Shown here one piece after another: positions 28,159-38,800 of a stretch of DNA of 64,000 bases (its first letter is position 1; every line of letters begins with the position of its first letter). The notes beneath the pieces are model-generated. The model did not search any database. It was given only the letters and a program-made list of their open reading frames with translations, and was not told the origin of the DNA. The position numbers were made by a program, and so were the translations under genes. Location of the stretch: NCBI GenBank assembly GCA_000002435.2, contig CM018792.1; one strand, written 5' to 3'. Origin of the DNA: Giardia intestinalis (taxonomy: Eukaryota).

Positions 28159-28569
28159 ATGGCTTCCAGGACTATGTGCACCTGCCACGGAACCATCCAT
28201 CCCCTAATCCCCGCGCGGACAGGGGCACTCATGTGTCTCAACTGTGGGAACATCGTCTGCCAAGCACAGGGCTTGGGGCCGTGTCTCTTCTGTGGTGCTT
28301 CCTGCAGCAATGAGCAGTTTGCAGTCACCGAGGAGCTGGTCACACAGCAATCAGCTAGCTCTGCCTCGCCCGCAGCTCGCCAAATGAACGAAAACCTGAA
28401 ACGCCTCGTCCGACGAAATCCTTGTGAGCCCCTCACTGAGGCTGAAGAAAAAACTGCTGAGTTATTCAGGCAGACAATACTGAAGAACATAGAAGATGCG
28501 GCAGAGATAGATCCTGTGTTGGCCATCAAGGATGATCAAGATGGGCTCCTCGGGCTTCTTGGGGATTAA
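28159..28569 (+). CDS. Small protein with an ASC-1/TRIP4-type C2HC5 zinc finger
   Basis: The track start at 28108 is GTG, and the ATG is at 28159. The product CTCHGTIHPLIPARTGALMCLNCGNIVCQAQGLGPCLFCG matches the zf-C2HC5 pattern (C-x-C-H...HPL.P....C..CG.I.C..EG.GPC.FCG). It has 136 aa and no ASCH domain. Confidence 0.65.
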   Translation: MASRTMCTCHGTIHPLIPARTGALMCLNCGNIVCQAQGLGPCLFCGASCSNEQFAVTEELVTQQSASSASPAARQMNENLKRLVRRNPCEPLTEAEEKTAELFRQTILKNIEDAAEIDPVLAIKDDQDGLLGLLGD

Positions 28570-28687
28570 GCTCAGAAGCAAATCATCGCTTCTATCATGT
28601 GGCTGCTGAATATGCTGAACCTTTTTGTGCATAGAGAGATGGAGGCATCTTTGCATCACTACTAATGAACGAGGTACAAAAAATCAT

Positions 28688-30208
28688 ATGAGTGAATTGC
28701 GTACTCTGCACACGCAAATAACCATTATTGGGGGACACACGAAGCCAATCCGTGGTTTGTATGTGGGAAGCAATTTTCTGATAGTCGCAGACGAAGCCCA
28801 GGTGTACTACTACAAACGACCCTATGAAGACGAGGATTCATATGGGATTGAGTGTACCTTTAAGGATAAATTTGGAGGCCCTATCTCTTGCATGGCCTAC
28901 AGTATAGCCTATGGCGTTGAGCTTCTCTACTTGGGCACCACCCTTGGGTGCCTAAACGTTGTTCGCCTGAAGACAGCGAACGGACGGAGAACGATGCATC
29001 TAGACCACTTCTTCTATGTTGGGAGGGCTGCAATTCGAAAGCTACAGTGGCTAACTATGGCTAAAATCTTAGTGATAACTGCTGCATCTCCTGACATTTA
29101 TATGTATGTGCCTCTGCTCGGGCAAGTTTTCTCCCGAAGGGTCTCGAATAAGCCCCTCACGCATAGTTTTCTGGACGAGCTCACAGAGGCACTTTATATT
29201 TCTGATTCACGGGACTATGTGAGGGTCTTCAACATACCTCTTAGCAATCCAGGAATTATCAATCAGAATGCGGCAGTACGAGGATCGTCCTTGTTTGTTT
29301 CTTTGTACGACGGTACATCATACACTCCGACAACCTCCATTTTCGCCTCTGGGATGGGCTCTACTAAAGCACAGACTTTTAATAGAAAATTCCACGAATC
29401 AAGTAGTACTAAGCAAACGACAGACAAGCAAACGACAGACGAGCTTTCCACAATCAAGATTAGAAACAACACTAACTTTAGCATATCAATGGTTCCTAAG
29501 ACCACTGCGCCATCCACTATCTATTCACTTAAGCCAAAGAAGCACCGTGGCAAGAAAGTTTTAGCTAAACTTTCTAATTTCTTTAAACGGTTTTCTAAGC
29601 ATACCAGCCAGGCAAGGCGTGTAGAGTCATCGGAGCTTGGTGTGTGTGCTTTGCAAATAGAGGGTCTGGGGGAGAATGCTATCGATACTAGTACCAGAGC
29701 TGTCTCAATTGTGACAAGCTGCACTGGGCAGGACGCCGTCTACGTACCCAAACTAGTTGCTGCGTTAGGAATGAACTCGGCTCGACGGCTAGTGCAATCT
29801 GCGCACAAGAAATCTATCCGAACCTTTCTGATCGACCCCGTCAACGGGCTAATATTTACTGGAGGAGATGACAAGGTCATTGCCATATGGAACATCGAGT
29901 CGCTGTTTGTGTCTGGTGAATCATACATAATCGATACCAGCAACTTCAACTACAAAAAAGTCACAACACTGGCCTTTTCACCTTTGCGTCTTGTGCTTTT
30001 CAGTGCAGACGAAAGCGGGGCTATTAACGTGTTTGATGCCAACAACCTCCTTATTGTTAACACCTGGCTTGCACACAGCGGTCCCATCAATGGAATCTTT
30101 CTTGATGACGAGGCAGGGCTACTCTACACATATGGCAACGACGGACTTATTAAGGTCTGGCGCGTTTGGATAGACGAGTCTGAGTGCCTTGTCGCTAAGA
30201 GGAAGTAG
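28688..30208 (+). CDS. WD40-repeat protein
   Basis: The track start at 28625 is TTG, and the first ATG is at 28688. WD-like repeats end in LIFTGGDDKVIAIWNI and LLYTYGNDGLIKVWRV. An internal 15-bp tandem duplication encodes KQTTDKQTTD. Confidence 0.65.
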   Translation: MSELRTLHTQITIIGGHTKPIRGLYVGSNFLIVADEAQVYYYKRPYEDEDSYGIECTFKDKFGGPISCMAYSIAYGVELLYLGTTLGCLNVVRLKTANGRRTMHLDHFFYVGRAAIRKLQWLTMAKILVITAASPDIYMYVPLLGQVFSRRVSNKPLTHSFLDELTEALYISDSRDYVRVFNIPLSNPGIINQNAAVRGSSLFVSLYDGTSYTPTTSIFASGMGSTKAQTFNRKFHESSSTKQTTDKQTTDELSTIKIRNNTNFSISMVPKTTAPSTIYSLKPKKHRGKKVLAKLSNFFKRFSKHTSQARRVESSELGVCALQIEGLGENAIDTSTRAVSIVTSCTGQDAVYVPKLVAALGMNSARRLVQSAHKKSIRTFLIDPVNGLIFTGGDDKVIAIWNIESLFVSGESYIIDTSNFNYKKVTTLAFSPLRLVLFSADESGAINVFDANNLLIVNTWLAHSGPINGIFLDDEAGLLYTYGNDGLIKVWRVWIDESECLVAKRK

Positions 30209-30214
30209 TTCTAT

Positions 30215-32824
30215 TCACGCTTGGATGGTGAGTATAACGTTGTATGCTATACTATTAACTATTACTAAGCCAAGGACAGCAAAGAATAGGCTCATGTAGC
30301 TTTTCATTGCAAAGAAGGGCTTGGTGTCTCCTGATGTCAGTACGAACGGAGCTGGAGTTGGAGCCGAAGCCGGCTCGGGGCAAATGGTAGAATTGTTGTT
30401 ACTGGTGTCCAAGACGTGAGTAGAAGGCTGTTGAAGCGGCCCGGTATATATTGCGGATACGGTGGCAGGCGCAACGCTCTTCGTGACGAAACGTGTTTGA
30501 TCATAGAGAGAGCTTTCATTGGGAGACAGAATAGACAGCTGCTGAGGACCCTCTCCACAAACGCTGGCAGACATGCTATTCAACTTGGCATTTGGCTCTC
30601 CAGCGCACACAACTACAGGCTCATCGGTATTGCGAGGCAGAGCGAATGGTTGCACTCTACCATCTGCAATAACGCTAGATGGAGTGGCAGCTGAATAGTT
30701 CCCTGTTTCTGAGCGGTCCCGGCTGCTTTTCTCTTGTAACATGAACATGGTTAAGGTCTGTTGGGTCTTCATGATATGCTCAATCTGTTCATTGTGTCCA
30801 GTTATGAGCGTCGTTATCTTCTCAAACCCACTTGAAAGAGACGCACAATGTTCTGTATTTTGTTTTGTCAGAGCATCAAGTCGTTCTATTTTTTCGCTTA
30901 TGCCTGCTAAGAGAGTTGATAAGGATTTTTCTACCCCCTCGAAACTTCCATCACCTCTGGGAGAGTACTTGCTCGGGCGATTAGTTGCCCCTGGTGTGAT
31001 GTTTGCACTCCCTGCATTCGGCACAGCACACTTGGCAAGAAGCTTAAAGCAGTCTTCATGCCCAGGACTGTTAACGTCTTCTTGTGCGCCACCTGCGCCG
31101 GAATTGTGGATCGATAGTTCTTCACTGGAAACCTTAGTTTGGCTGAAGAGATGAGCTGCTTCGTCTGTGATATCTGCCCTTTCATGTGCAACCCCAATAG
31201 AAACACACGGTAATGATAGATCCTTCGGCGAAGTATTCTCTTCTGTCCGCTCACTGATCGTGCGGCAATTATCAGAGGTGCAGATAGACACCAGTTCTTG
31301 GCTTATATTCTGTGCATTAGCCTTTTGAACAGATTCCTTTACCAACTTTGAGATTGCTGGAATTTGTCCTTTATTAGCAATTTTTGGCCGTACAACATGG
31401 GGCTCAGAGTCATAGGGCCCTACCTTACTGAATGATTTGCGGGAGATATTGCGGCCGACATCTGACGAGCCTGCCCGCCGAGGGACGGACCTGGAAGCCG
31501 ACGAGGACCTGCTGCCCGAGCGCATTGTCCTGATAGACTCTTTAGAAGGTGTCTGCTTCATTGGAGTAGTCATGGGCCCAACGTCCTTGTGGATTGCTAA
31601 CCTCTCAGTAGACCTACTTCTATTTGGTCCCGGAGAGATGGTGTCCCGTGACACGCCCCTGGGTTCTTTGCTCTTAGGCCTGCGAGCCTCCTGTGGAGTG
31701 GTTCGCGTATTGGCAGCACGCAACGGTATTGGCTTGGTATTGGGGATCGTCAGGCGAGGGGTTGCGTGAAGCAAACTAACAGTAGAGACAGGCCTCTTGG
31801 CTTCTTCCATTTGATCTGGAAAGCTGCTGATCTCGGCATCCTGCTGACAGGTATCTATAGTTTCCTGGGCAGCAGCGTGCGTTGTAGTCGGAAGTGTAGC
31901 CGAGGGTTCAGTGGTTGCAAGAAGGCCAGGGGCAGCGGAGGCTAGTTGCTTAGAGAGGCTGGCAGATGAGCCAATAATGATGTCCTTGAACGCAGTATCT
32001 CTAAGATACGATGTGAATCCACGTTGAGAGGAGTCAATACAGTCCTTTTCTAGTTCAAACAGTAGCTCTGCTACATCCTTCGCACCATGGATGATGGCAT
32101 AGAACAGTGCACATTTATCTCCGTCATCAGGATTGGTCAGTTTGGCACAGTCTGAGATGTGGTCCTGGACGTACTGCACATCGTTTGTGGCAGCCGCATA
32201 GAACCACGGATGTGTTGCTCTGAAAGACGGATCCTCTACCATGGCCCGTTGCTCAAGAAACGATGTGACCAAGTTGATACAATCTGTCTGGGCATCTGTC
32301 AACTCACGATCACATGTACACTCCTGGACTATGACTGTTGTGAGACTAGAACACTCTGATGGGAGGAGCAGTTGCACAGATTCTTTGTGGCCGGACATCA
32401 TCGCCATGGCCAGGGCATTACAACCTTTAGGAAAGTCTGAAACGGGCTCCTTCAGTGTGGCGTTGAGCTCTCCTTCGTAGGAGAAGAGAGTTTTTATAAT
32501 GGTGGTGAAGCCATGAAGAGATGCCCGCATCAGGCCGGTGATGCCACGATAGTCTGAGAGACCTGCCTCAAGAGGAGCTAGCTCCTGGACAATAGGCTGA
32601 TGACCAGAATCGCACGCAAACATTAGCGCCGTCCAGTGCGTGTCGCAGTAGATTCGCGCCTCATGACCCTTTAATACGCCCACCACTTCACGGCATCCGT
32701 AGCGGGCCGCGATCATCAGCGCAGTATAGCCCCCGCTTGTGGTCCGTGAACCCTTCATCTGGCGACAGTAGGCCTTGATGTATGAAATGTCACCTGTCCT
32801 GGCCGCCCTGAACCACTGATCCAT
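30215..32824 (-). CDS. Ankyrin-repeat protein (21.1 type) with a C-terminal transmembrane anchor
   Basis: ATG confirmed at 32822-32824. The N-terminus MDQWFRAARTGDISYIKAY...GYTALMIAARYGCREVV...WTALMFACDSGHQPIV is classic 21.1. The final ~30 residues are hydrophobic (FFAVLGLVIVNSIAYNVILTIQA). Confidence 0.75.
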   Translation of the reverse strand: MDQWFRAARTGDISYIKAYCRQMKGSRTTSGGYTALMIAARYGCREVVGVLKGHEARIYCDTHWTALMFACDSGHQPIVQELAPLEAGLSDYRGITGLMRASLHGFTTIIKTLFSYEGELNATLKEPVSDFPKGCNALAMAMMSGHKESVQLLLPSECSSLTTVIVQECTCDRELTDAQTDCINLVTSFLEQRAMVEDPSFRATHPWFYAAATNDVQYVQDHISDCAKLTNPDDGDKCALFYAIIHGAKDVAELLFELEKDCIDSSQRGFTSYLRDTAFKDIIIGSSASLSKQLASAAPGLLATTEPSATLPTTTHAAAQETIDTCQQDAEISSFPDQMEEAKRPVSTVSLLHATPRLTIPNTKPIPLRAANTRTTPQEARRPKSKEPRGVSRDTISPGPNRSRSTERLAIHKDVGPMTTPMKQTPSKESIRTMRSGSRSSSASRSVPRRAGSSDVGRNISRKSFSKVGPYDSEPHVVRPKIANKGQIPAISKLVKESVQKANAQNISQELVSICTSDNCRTISERTEENTSPKDLSLPCVSIGVAHERADITDEAAHLFSQTKVSSEELSIHNSGAGGAQEDVNSPGHEDCFKLLAKCAVPNAGSANITPGATNRPSKYSPRGDGSFEGVEKSLSTLLAGISEKIERLDALTKQNTEHCASLSSGFEKITTLITGHNEQIEHIMKTQQTLTMFMLQEKSSRDRSETGNYSAATPSSVIADGRVQPFALPRNTDEPVVVCAGEPNAKLNSMSASVCGEGPQQLSILSPNESSLYDQTRFVTKSVAPATVSAIYTGPLQQPSTHVLDTSNNNSTICPEPASAPTPAPFVLTSGDTKPFFAMKSYMSLFFAVLGLVIVNSIAYNVILTIQA

Positions 32825-32878
32825 GACCGAGAATCTGGATTTTTGTTGACGGCAGATTATAAAAAACCACTAATTTAA

Positions 32879-33850
32879 ATGATCATTGCAAATGGCCAAT
32901 ATATCTGTAAGATCGAGCCGACTGGGATTAAATACTTCTCCACAGCACAGCCCAACACTTTAGAGGTGAACACAGCCTTCACCATAACCGCAGCCACCCT
33001 TCCGGCTGATAGCAGCGTGTTATATTTTAGCGATGGGGAATTTCTATATACTTTCGATATGGGGCATGAAAATGACAATATTCGGAGAATCACTATTCCG
33101 AAAACGGGTTCTATTAAGCAACTATATTCTGCGGTCAATAGCATTTGTGCCCTCTTAGTGCTCCTCACTGAAGTTGAGCTGCTTCTTGTCACAGACAGAA
33201 ATGGTGTAGTGCACACCATACGGCATGCGCTAGAGCATCCTCCCCCCTTTTATGCCATGGACTTGTCATCGCTGGCACATCTATTCACAGATCCTCCTGG
33301 GATGATGAAATTAGAGTCATCCTCGCCTGCAAACTTCTTCCTGAGTATTGCGTTGCGCAACCTACAAAGTGTTGAGTACCGGTTTGCTGTCTCCATAGTA
33401 GATAACGCAAGTCTTTCAATCAACATTGCATCTACCAGTACTCTTATCCCTAGGGTTCCTCAGCCCATCTTATTCTTTAAGTATTTCGGTCGTCAGACCG
33501 TTTTTGTGACCACAGGGACGCTCTATCTCATTTCTCAAACAGACTACCTTGCTATACCTATAGATCAATCCTTAGCCAAGTCAATCTGCAACGCTAAGAT
33601 TTATTCATTGCTTTCATCTACCTCTGCCACTGGCAACACACCGGCCTTCCACGGAAATATCAGCTGTATTGTTCTTCTCTTCTGCAAGGACACTAACTGT
33701 CACGTTGTCAACCTAGAGACCAGGGCTGTGAAGGAGATCCTTGACACCAACGGTGCAAAACACGCATATGAGAATAATGGAAGCTTCTTTTTCGTGTCTG
33801 AAGATGTTCGGAAAGAGCTACGATTGACAGAACTGACCAAGTACTTCTAA
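32879..33850 (+). CDS. Hypothetical protein of 323 aa
   Basis: ATG confirmed, with the AT-rich leader aaaaaaccactaatttaaATG. The sequence is non-repetitive and looks beta-rich. No family is recognised. Confidence 0.5.
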   Translation: MIIANGQYICKIEPTGIKYFSTAQPNTLEVNTAFTITAATLPADSSVLYFSDGEFLYTFDMGHENDNIRRITIPKTGSIKQLYSAVNSICALLVLLTEVELLLVTDRNGVVHTIRHALEHPPPFYAMDLSSLAHLFTDPPGMMKLESSSPANFFLSIALRNLQSVEYRFAVSIVDNASLSINIASTSTLIPRVPQPILFFKYFGRQTVFVTTGTLYLISQTDYLAIPIDQSLAKSICNAKIYSLLSSTSATGNTPAFHGNISCIVLLFCKDTNCHVVNLETRAVKEILDTNGAKHAYENNGSFFFVSEDVRKELRLTELTKYF

Positions 33851-33892
33851 ACCACCCACTGCCTACCTTCCTACTCTCTTACCTCTTATCTC

Positions 33893-35731
33893 TTATCTCT
33901 TTCCGACAACACGAGCCTGTCCACCCCAGTTGTCAGATGACTCTTGATATTGATCACCACCGCCTCTGTTATGGGACGACTCGTCGTACCAGCTGCTATC
34001 CTCCTTGCGGCGGACGCCTCCATGCTCGCCATCTGTGAATGAAGCGTTGATTGTAGAGTCCTTGTCAAGGAATCTTCCCGATGTCGACATCTCGTGCACA
34101 GTGGCTGTGTACTCGCTGGAGCGATCGTAGCTGCTCTCGCTGTTCGATCCATCATCCCCTTGTTCAGCCTGCTCATCTGTCCCATCATCCTCATTGTTAT
34201 CTTGCTCGATGTCTATCTTCGCCAGCATCGAGTACTTGATTATGTACTGCACTAAGAGCACTATTCCGAGCGTTGCCCCACAAAAATCACCAATGGGGTA
34301 GGCCAGAGTGAAGTCGGCCTGGTCACCTATAACAAGTGCCATGACCATCAACGAAAGAAGTGCTGGAATGGTGCGGGACAGCTGCATTATTATGGCCAGC
34401 AGGACCTTGCCTTCCAGTTGGGAGGTCGTGCTCACGATGTGGTAGGGTCCCATAAGTGGCGGTGTAATGAAGGCCCACTTGGTGATTGGTTTTATGGCCT
34501 CAAGGAAGGCATTGGACCAGTCTGGTTCAGTGGCGTAGCGTGGCTGAATCCCCTCTGTCAGATGATCAGAGACAGAGAGCAATGTGAAGGAAACGACGGA
34601 TGGAAGAACGCACATGTACACTAGTGTCAATATTATTGACTGTTTCGCCCTACGAAAACGCTTGATAGCCAGGTTGAACCCAATGATCTGAGCAAAGCCC
34701 TGAACTAATGAATTAGAAAGAAGTGAGGCAAGAGCATAGAATCGTGTGTACAAAGAATATCCGACGCGCTTATAGATTAGAACCTCCTGGTCTGAATAGA
34801 AGTACCCATAGAGAAGATTCATTATTATTACAACAAGTTGCATCTGAGCCAGGAAGAACCACTGCGGAATTGCAAAGAGCAGTATCCTCCATATTATTTT
34901 AATGTTGATGGGAAACAGGCGCCGGAGACTAAAGTGCAAACACCCCTTCAAGGGGATCATAAGGCAAGACTTGTGGAAGAAGACTACGATCATCCAGATG
35001 GCTATAACAAGATTGGTTGCTAGATATGCAATAGCTAGATAGTATAAAGTGCTCGGCGTTCCCACTGGATTGTACATAGATGAAATGTAAAGCAACATGA
35101 ATGTGAAAAAGAGCTGGAGAAGTGCAGAAAGCAATCCTCGCATAGTATGGATGCAATTACGATTTTCCACCCTCAAAAATGGCTGAATGGATGCGGAAAA
35201 GGCCGTTAAAATCGGTCCACCGATGAACATCCACAAGTAGTACACGTAGCCAAATGCATCTTCGGATCTTTTGAAGACAGAGAGGAACGAGCTTAGGTGT
35301 TTGTATGGAGATGCAAAACAAATTGGCACAAGGATTCCCCAGATGAAGATGATAAAGAAGAAGTGCGAAAGATATATGTTGGCCACGTTCGCATGTCCCT
35401 GTGCAAGAGCTCGTGATACAAATGTTGATGTCGCTGTTGCAAATGCATATGGCGCATACGTGTTTAGCATGAGTTCGAGCGGTTGGTACACGGAATGAAG
35501 TGCAACCGCACTGAACCCGGAGTAGTAAAATAGTAGAGTGTACTCTGCCAGGCCTCCAAGAGCACCCAGCGTGTTGACTATGATGGAGGGAGTGCTTGTC
35601 TTCCAGATGAGAGTATTAATGCTGTCAGTGGATAAACGTTGTATTGAGAGGTCCACAGCCAGGGCCTCCACGGATCCACCAGAGCCGTCCGATTGGGCAT
35701 CAAATTTATCATCGATCATTAGCGGCGGCAT
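33893..35731 (-). CDS. Polytopic membrane protein of about 12 TM segments, possibly a MATE/MOP-type transporter, with an acidic or Ser-rich cytosolic tail
   Basis: ATG confirmed at 35729-35731. Hydrophobic segments recur regularly across the first ~470 aa. The C-terminal ~120 aa are D/E/S/G-rich. The family assignment is tentative. Confidence 0.55.
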   Translation of the reverse strand: MPPLMIDDKFDAQSDGSGGSVEALAVDLSIQRLSTDSINTLIWKTSTPSIIVNTLGALGGLAEYTLLFYYSGFSAVALHSVYQPLELMLNTYAPYAFATATSTFVSRALAQGHANVANIYLSHFFFIIFIWGILVPICFASPYKHLSSFLSVFKRSEDAFGYVYYLWMFIGGPILTAFSASIQPFLRVENRNCIHTMRGLLSALLQLFFTFMLLYISSMYNPVGTPSTLYYLAIAYLATNLVIAIWMIVVFFHKSCLMIPLKGCLHFSLRRLFPINIKIIWRILLFAIPQWFFLAQMQLVVIIMNLLYGYFYSDQEVLIYKRVGYSLYTRFYALASLLSNSLVQGFAQIIGFNLAIKRFRRAKQSIILTLVYMCVLPSVVSFTLLSVSDHLTEGIQPRYATEPDWSNAFLEAIKPITKWAFITPPLMGPYHIVSTTSQLEGKVLLAIIMQLSRTIPALLSLMVMALVIGDQADFTLAYPIGDFCGATLGIVLLVQYIIKYSMLAKIDIEQDNNEDDGTDEQAEQGDDGSNSESSYDRSSEYTATVHEMSTSGRFLDKDSTINASFTDGEHGGVRRKEDSSWYDESSHNRGGGDQYQESSDNWGGQARVVGKR

Positions 35732-35803
35732 TCAGACAAGATGCTCTAGGTAAAATATTATAAACAAAAGAAACTCTACTTCGAGCCTCCAGCTTTTCAA
35801 ACC

Positions 35804-38800
35804 ATGCCCAGGCCTCTTGTAGCAGCCGATACCATCGATTCCATTATGAGGCTGGAGCACGAGGAGACGCGGCTGCGACTCTTAGAGCTGGCGAAGCTGT
35901 CCTCAGATTCAAAGAAACTGACGCCCATTGACGAGGTAATTTCCACTCTACAGGCAATTGCGCCTGATGAGCTTGCATCTAAGACATCTATGCAGACACT
36001 TTCTGAAATCCTTAGTAGCATTTATGCCACCCCCAATCAAGATATTGCAGAGATGATAGTCCAACACGGAGCCAGCCCAAAAAGTGAGCCGACAAAAGTG
36101 AGCACCCAGCTACGCAGAAAGAATACAAGCAGAGCTGCCGAACTGCAACATTCCCTTGCGGCACACTCTGCATACTTGCAGTCGCAGCAGCATGAAGCCA
36201 GAAAGCCCATATCTCCTGAGCAGACGGAAAAGAAGGTCAAGCATCTTAAAAATACAGTAGCTAACGAGAACAAAGACACTACGGAGAACCAAGGCAAGGT
36301 GAGAAGGAGAAGCCGCATTAAGCTGGAATTAAAGGACGGTGCCACTGCTCCATCTGTCGAGCCCTCAATAAAGCGCAAGCATGTCCCCAAGAAGCAGGCC
36401 AGGCTCGAGACTCTGCAGTCCGTTTCTCATCTCGCTGTCCTCTTCAATGTTCTCACGAAGGAGGATGCTACAGCAGTGCCGCACGTATACATGCCGAATC
36501 TCTGGTTAGGATGCCTACAGAGTATCTCTTATGAGTCGTTTTTGTCCTTAGAAAAGCTTTTGAGCCGTAGCGAGTTCCTTTCAGTATTTGGTCTAGTTCT
36601 AGAAGCACAGTCTGCTGATAGCCAGATCCCTGCCTCTCTTGTAACCAAGCGTACATCGTCTGTGCTGCCACCTGAACAGCCAAAGAACGATATTGACATG
36701 CGAGCGAGTCTGGCGTCACTCCTATCGACATCATCAGAGTATCGCGCAACTGGCATGGTTTGCCCACTTTCTGGAAAGTCACGGACAACTGGGCAGTCAG
36801 CAGTGTCACTGCCCACTCCCAGTTCTTTTCAAGTCAGGAAGGACCCAGTGATCCACTTACTGACTCAATTATTGTTAGCTACCAGTGGAATCTCTTTAAC
36901 TATGCCGTCTCAGGCCCCAGATGACTCCCCAACTTCCATTTCAGAGTTTACTTTGATGAAAGAGGTCTTAGAGTACTCTTTGTACTATCAAAACGCTTAC
37001 TTTTTCGAACAATCTACTTTACACTCTAAGCAGCGGTTCAATAACGCAATGGACTGGGCCTCTACTTTAGTGCAAACAGCAAAGCCCTCTAATAATGCAG
37101 AGATACAATCCTTGCTCAGCTCTCTTGCACCCCATATTAAGCCATCCACACACGACATCAGCAGAGGAGAATTGCTTTCATATATCTACATTAGCCTATC
37201 ACTGAGGCGTTGGCTCAACATTCAGCAGTCTTCTAGTCCGTCCAGGCCTCTCTCAAACCTGCAACGCGTCATTATAGCAAAACTTAAACTTCCAAATCCA
37301 CTCCCTGCTGCGCACAACTTGGATAGTGATTCGCGACTCTTATTCTTCAGTAAGCGAATAGTGAGCCAGGCGTTGCTTAATCTTTACTATAACTCCTCCT
37401 CCACGGTAGTTGCACAACAAGAACAACCCTACGCTCGCTTGACAAAGTATCTGCTCCCCATGGGTATCCCACCTGTTCGGTTGGTGCTTCTTGACGAACC
37501 ACTGTGCGGCCCCGTTTTTGATCCATATGAAAAATATTTCCTAATGTCTGTGCACCATCCTGAACTTCAGTTTCTTGTTGCTCCTCCTCGATATCTTGAC
37601 CAACCCGCCTTCATGCAGAGCCCTGGCATCAGTGCACCTCATCTCGGGCCAACAAGGATTGCACCACGACTAGCTCTAAAAATAGAACAGAAATCTGGTT
37701 GCACTAACTTGGTTCTCGATGAAGCAATTGATCCGGGAACATGTATCATGGATGTAGTTGGGTGCTACTTACCGATTGAGGAAGCACACCGCATCCTTTG
37801 CTATCTTGTCGAAGAGGGGTTGCGCTCGGGTCACTCCTATTCAGCTGTATGGAACGAGGTTATTCGCTATTCTTCTCACTGTATTTATCTCGAAGGGCTT
37901 CGGGTAATTATTGACATGAACTGCTGCTCGTCACTATCTGTCTATATTCAATTTGATGAACCTGATAATAAGCAGGAGGCTGCAAACTGTGAGCTGGGCT
38001 TGTGCTATTCTCTAGACTACGTTATTTGTAGATTGTACAGTACCGTTGCTATCACGTCAGGATCGTCTATCCGTCTTCCACTTAAATATCAATGGCTAAA
38101 CAGAGAAGTACCTACAGAGATAACTGGCTGCACTGCAGACGATATTCGCAGAGAGTTGATATCGAAGCATATAAAGGGTTGTGAAGACTTTATAACCGAC
38201 CCCTTGGATAGCATTCTCGCAATACCTGCATACGATCCCTTCTCCGGAGGCTATTCCTTACTATCCTATCCTGGGCCCTATCTCTCACTCATCAAGGAAA
38301 TTATCGCTGTTATGATGTCTGTATCATACAGAGAGGCGTCGAAGTTCACGTCTGCAGACTACCTTTCTTTTCTAGAGGCCTACCGCATTGGGCTTCGTAG
38401 TCCCGGACCAGGATATACTAATACGTTACCTAAGAGTGCTCAAGCGCGGGTAACTCTTCAGCGAAACATTGAGCTTGCTCAGCGGCTAGTACTCTCGATC
38501 ATGATGGAGACGAAGAACTTGAACTTGTTCCTTGCACTGGACCGGGATAACTTATTAGATAAGCAGCTAATTGATACTGACACCCTAATTCCGGTTATAG
38601 CACAGAAGTTCAAAGATTGCTACCTATACAGTCACAGGTGCCGTCACGTGGCCAACGGTACTCCACCCGTTCCAGGAAGCTCATCTGCTGTGTTTCTCAA
38701 GCAGGCGATGGATAATAGATCAAATGCAGTCAAGCGTATTGGGACCGAATACAATCACTTCCTCCTCCTATACAGAATTGCATTTGCGGTACAGGCTATG

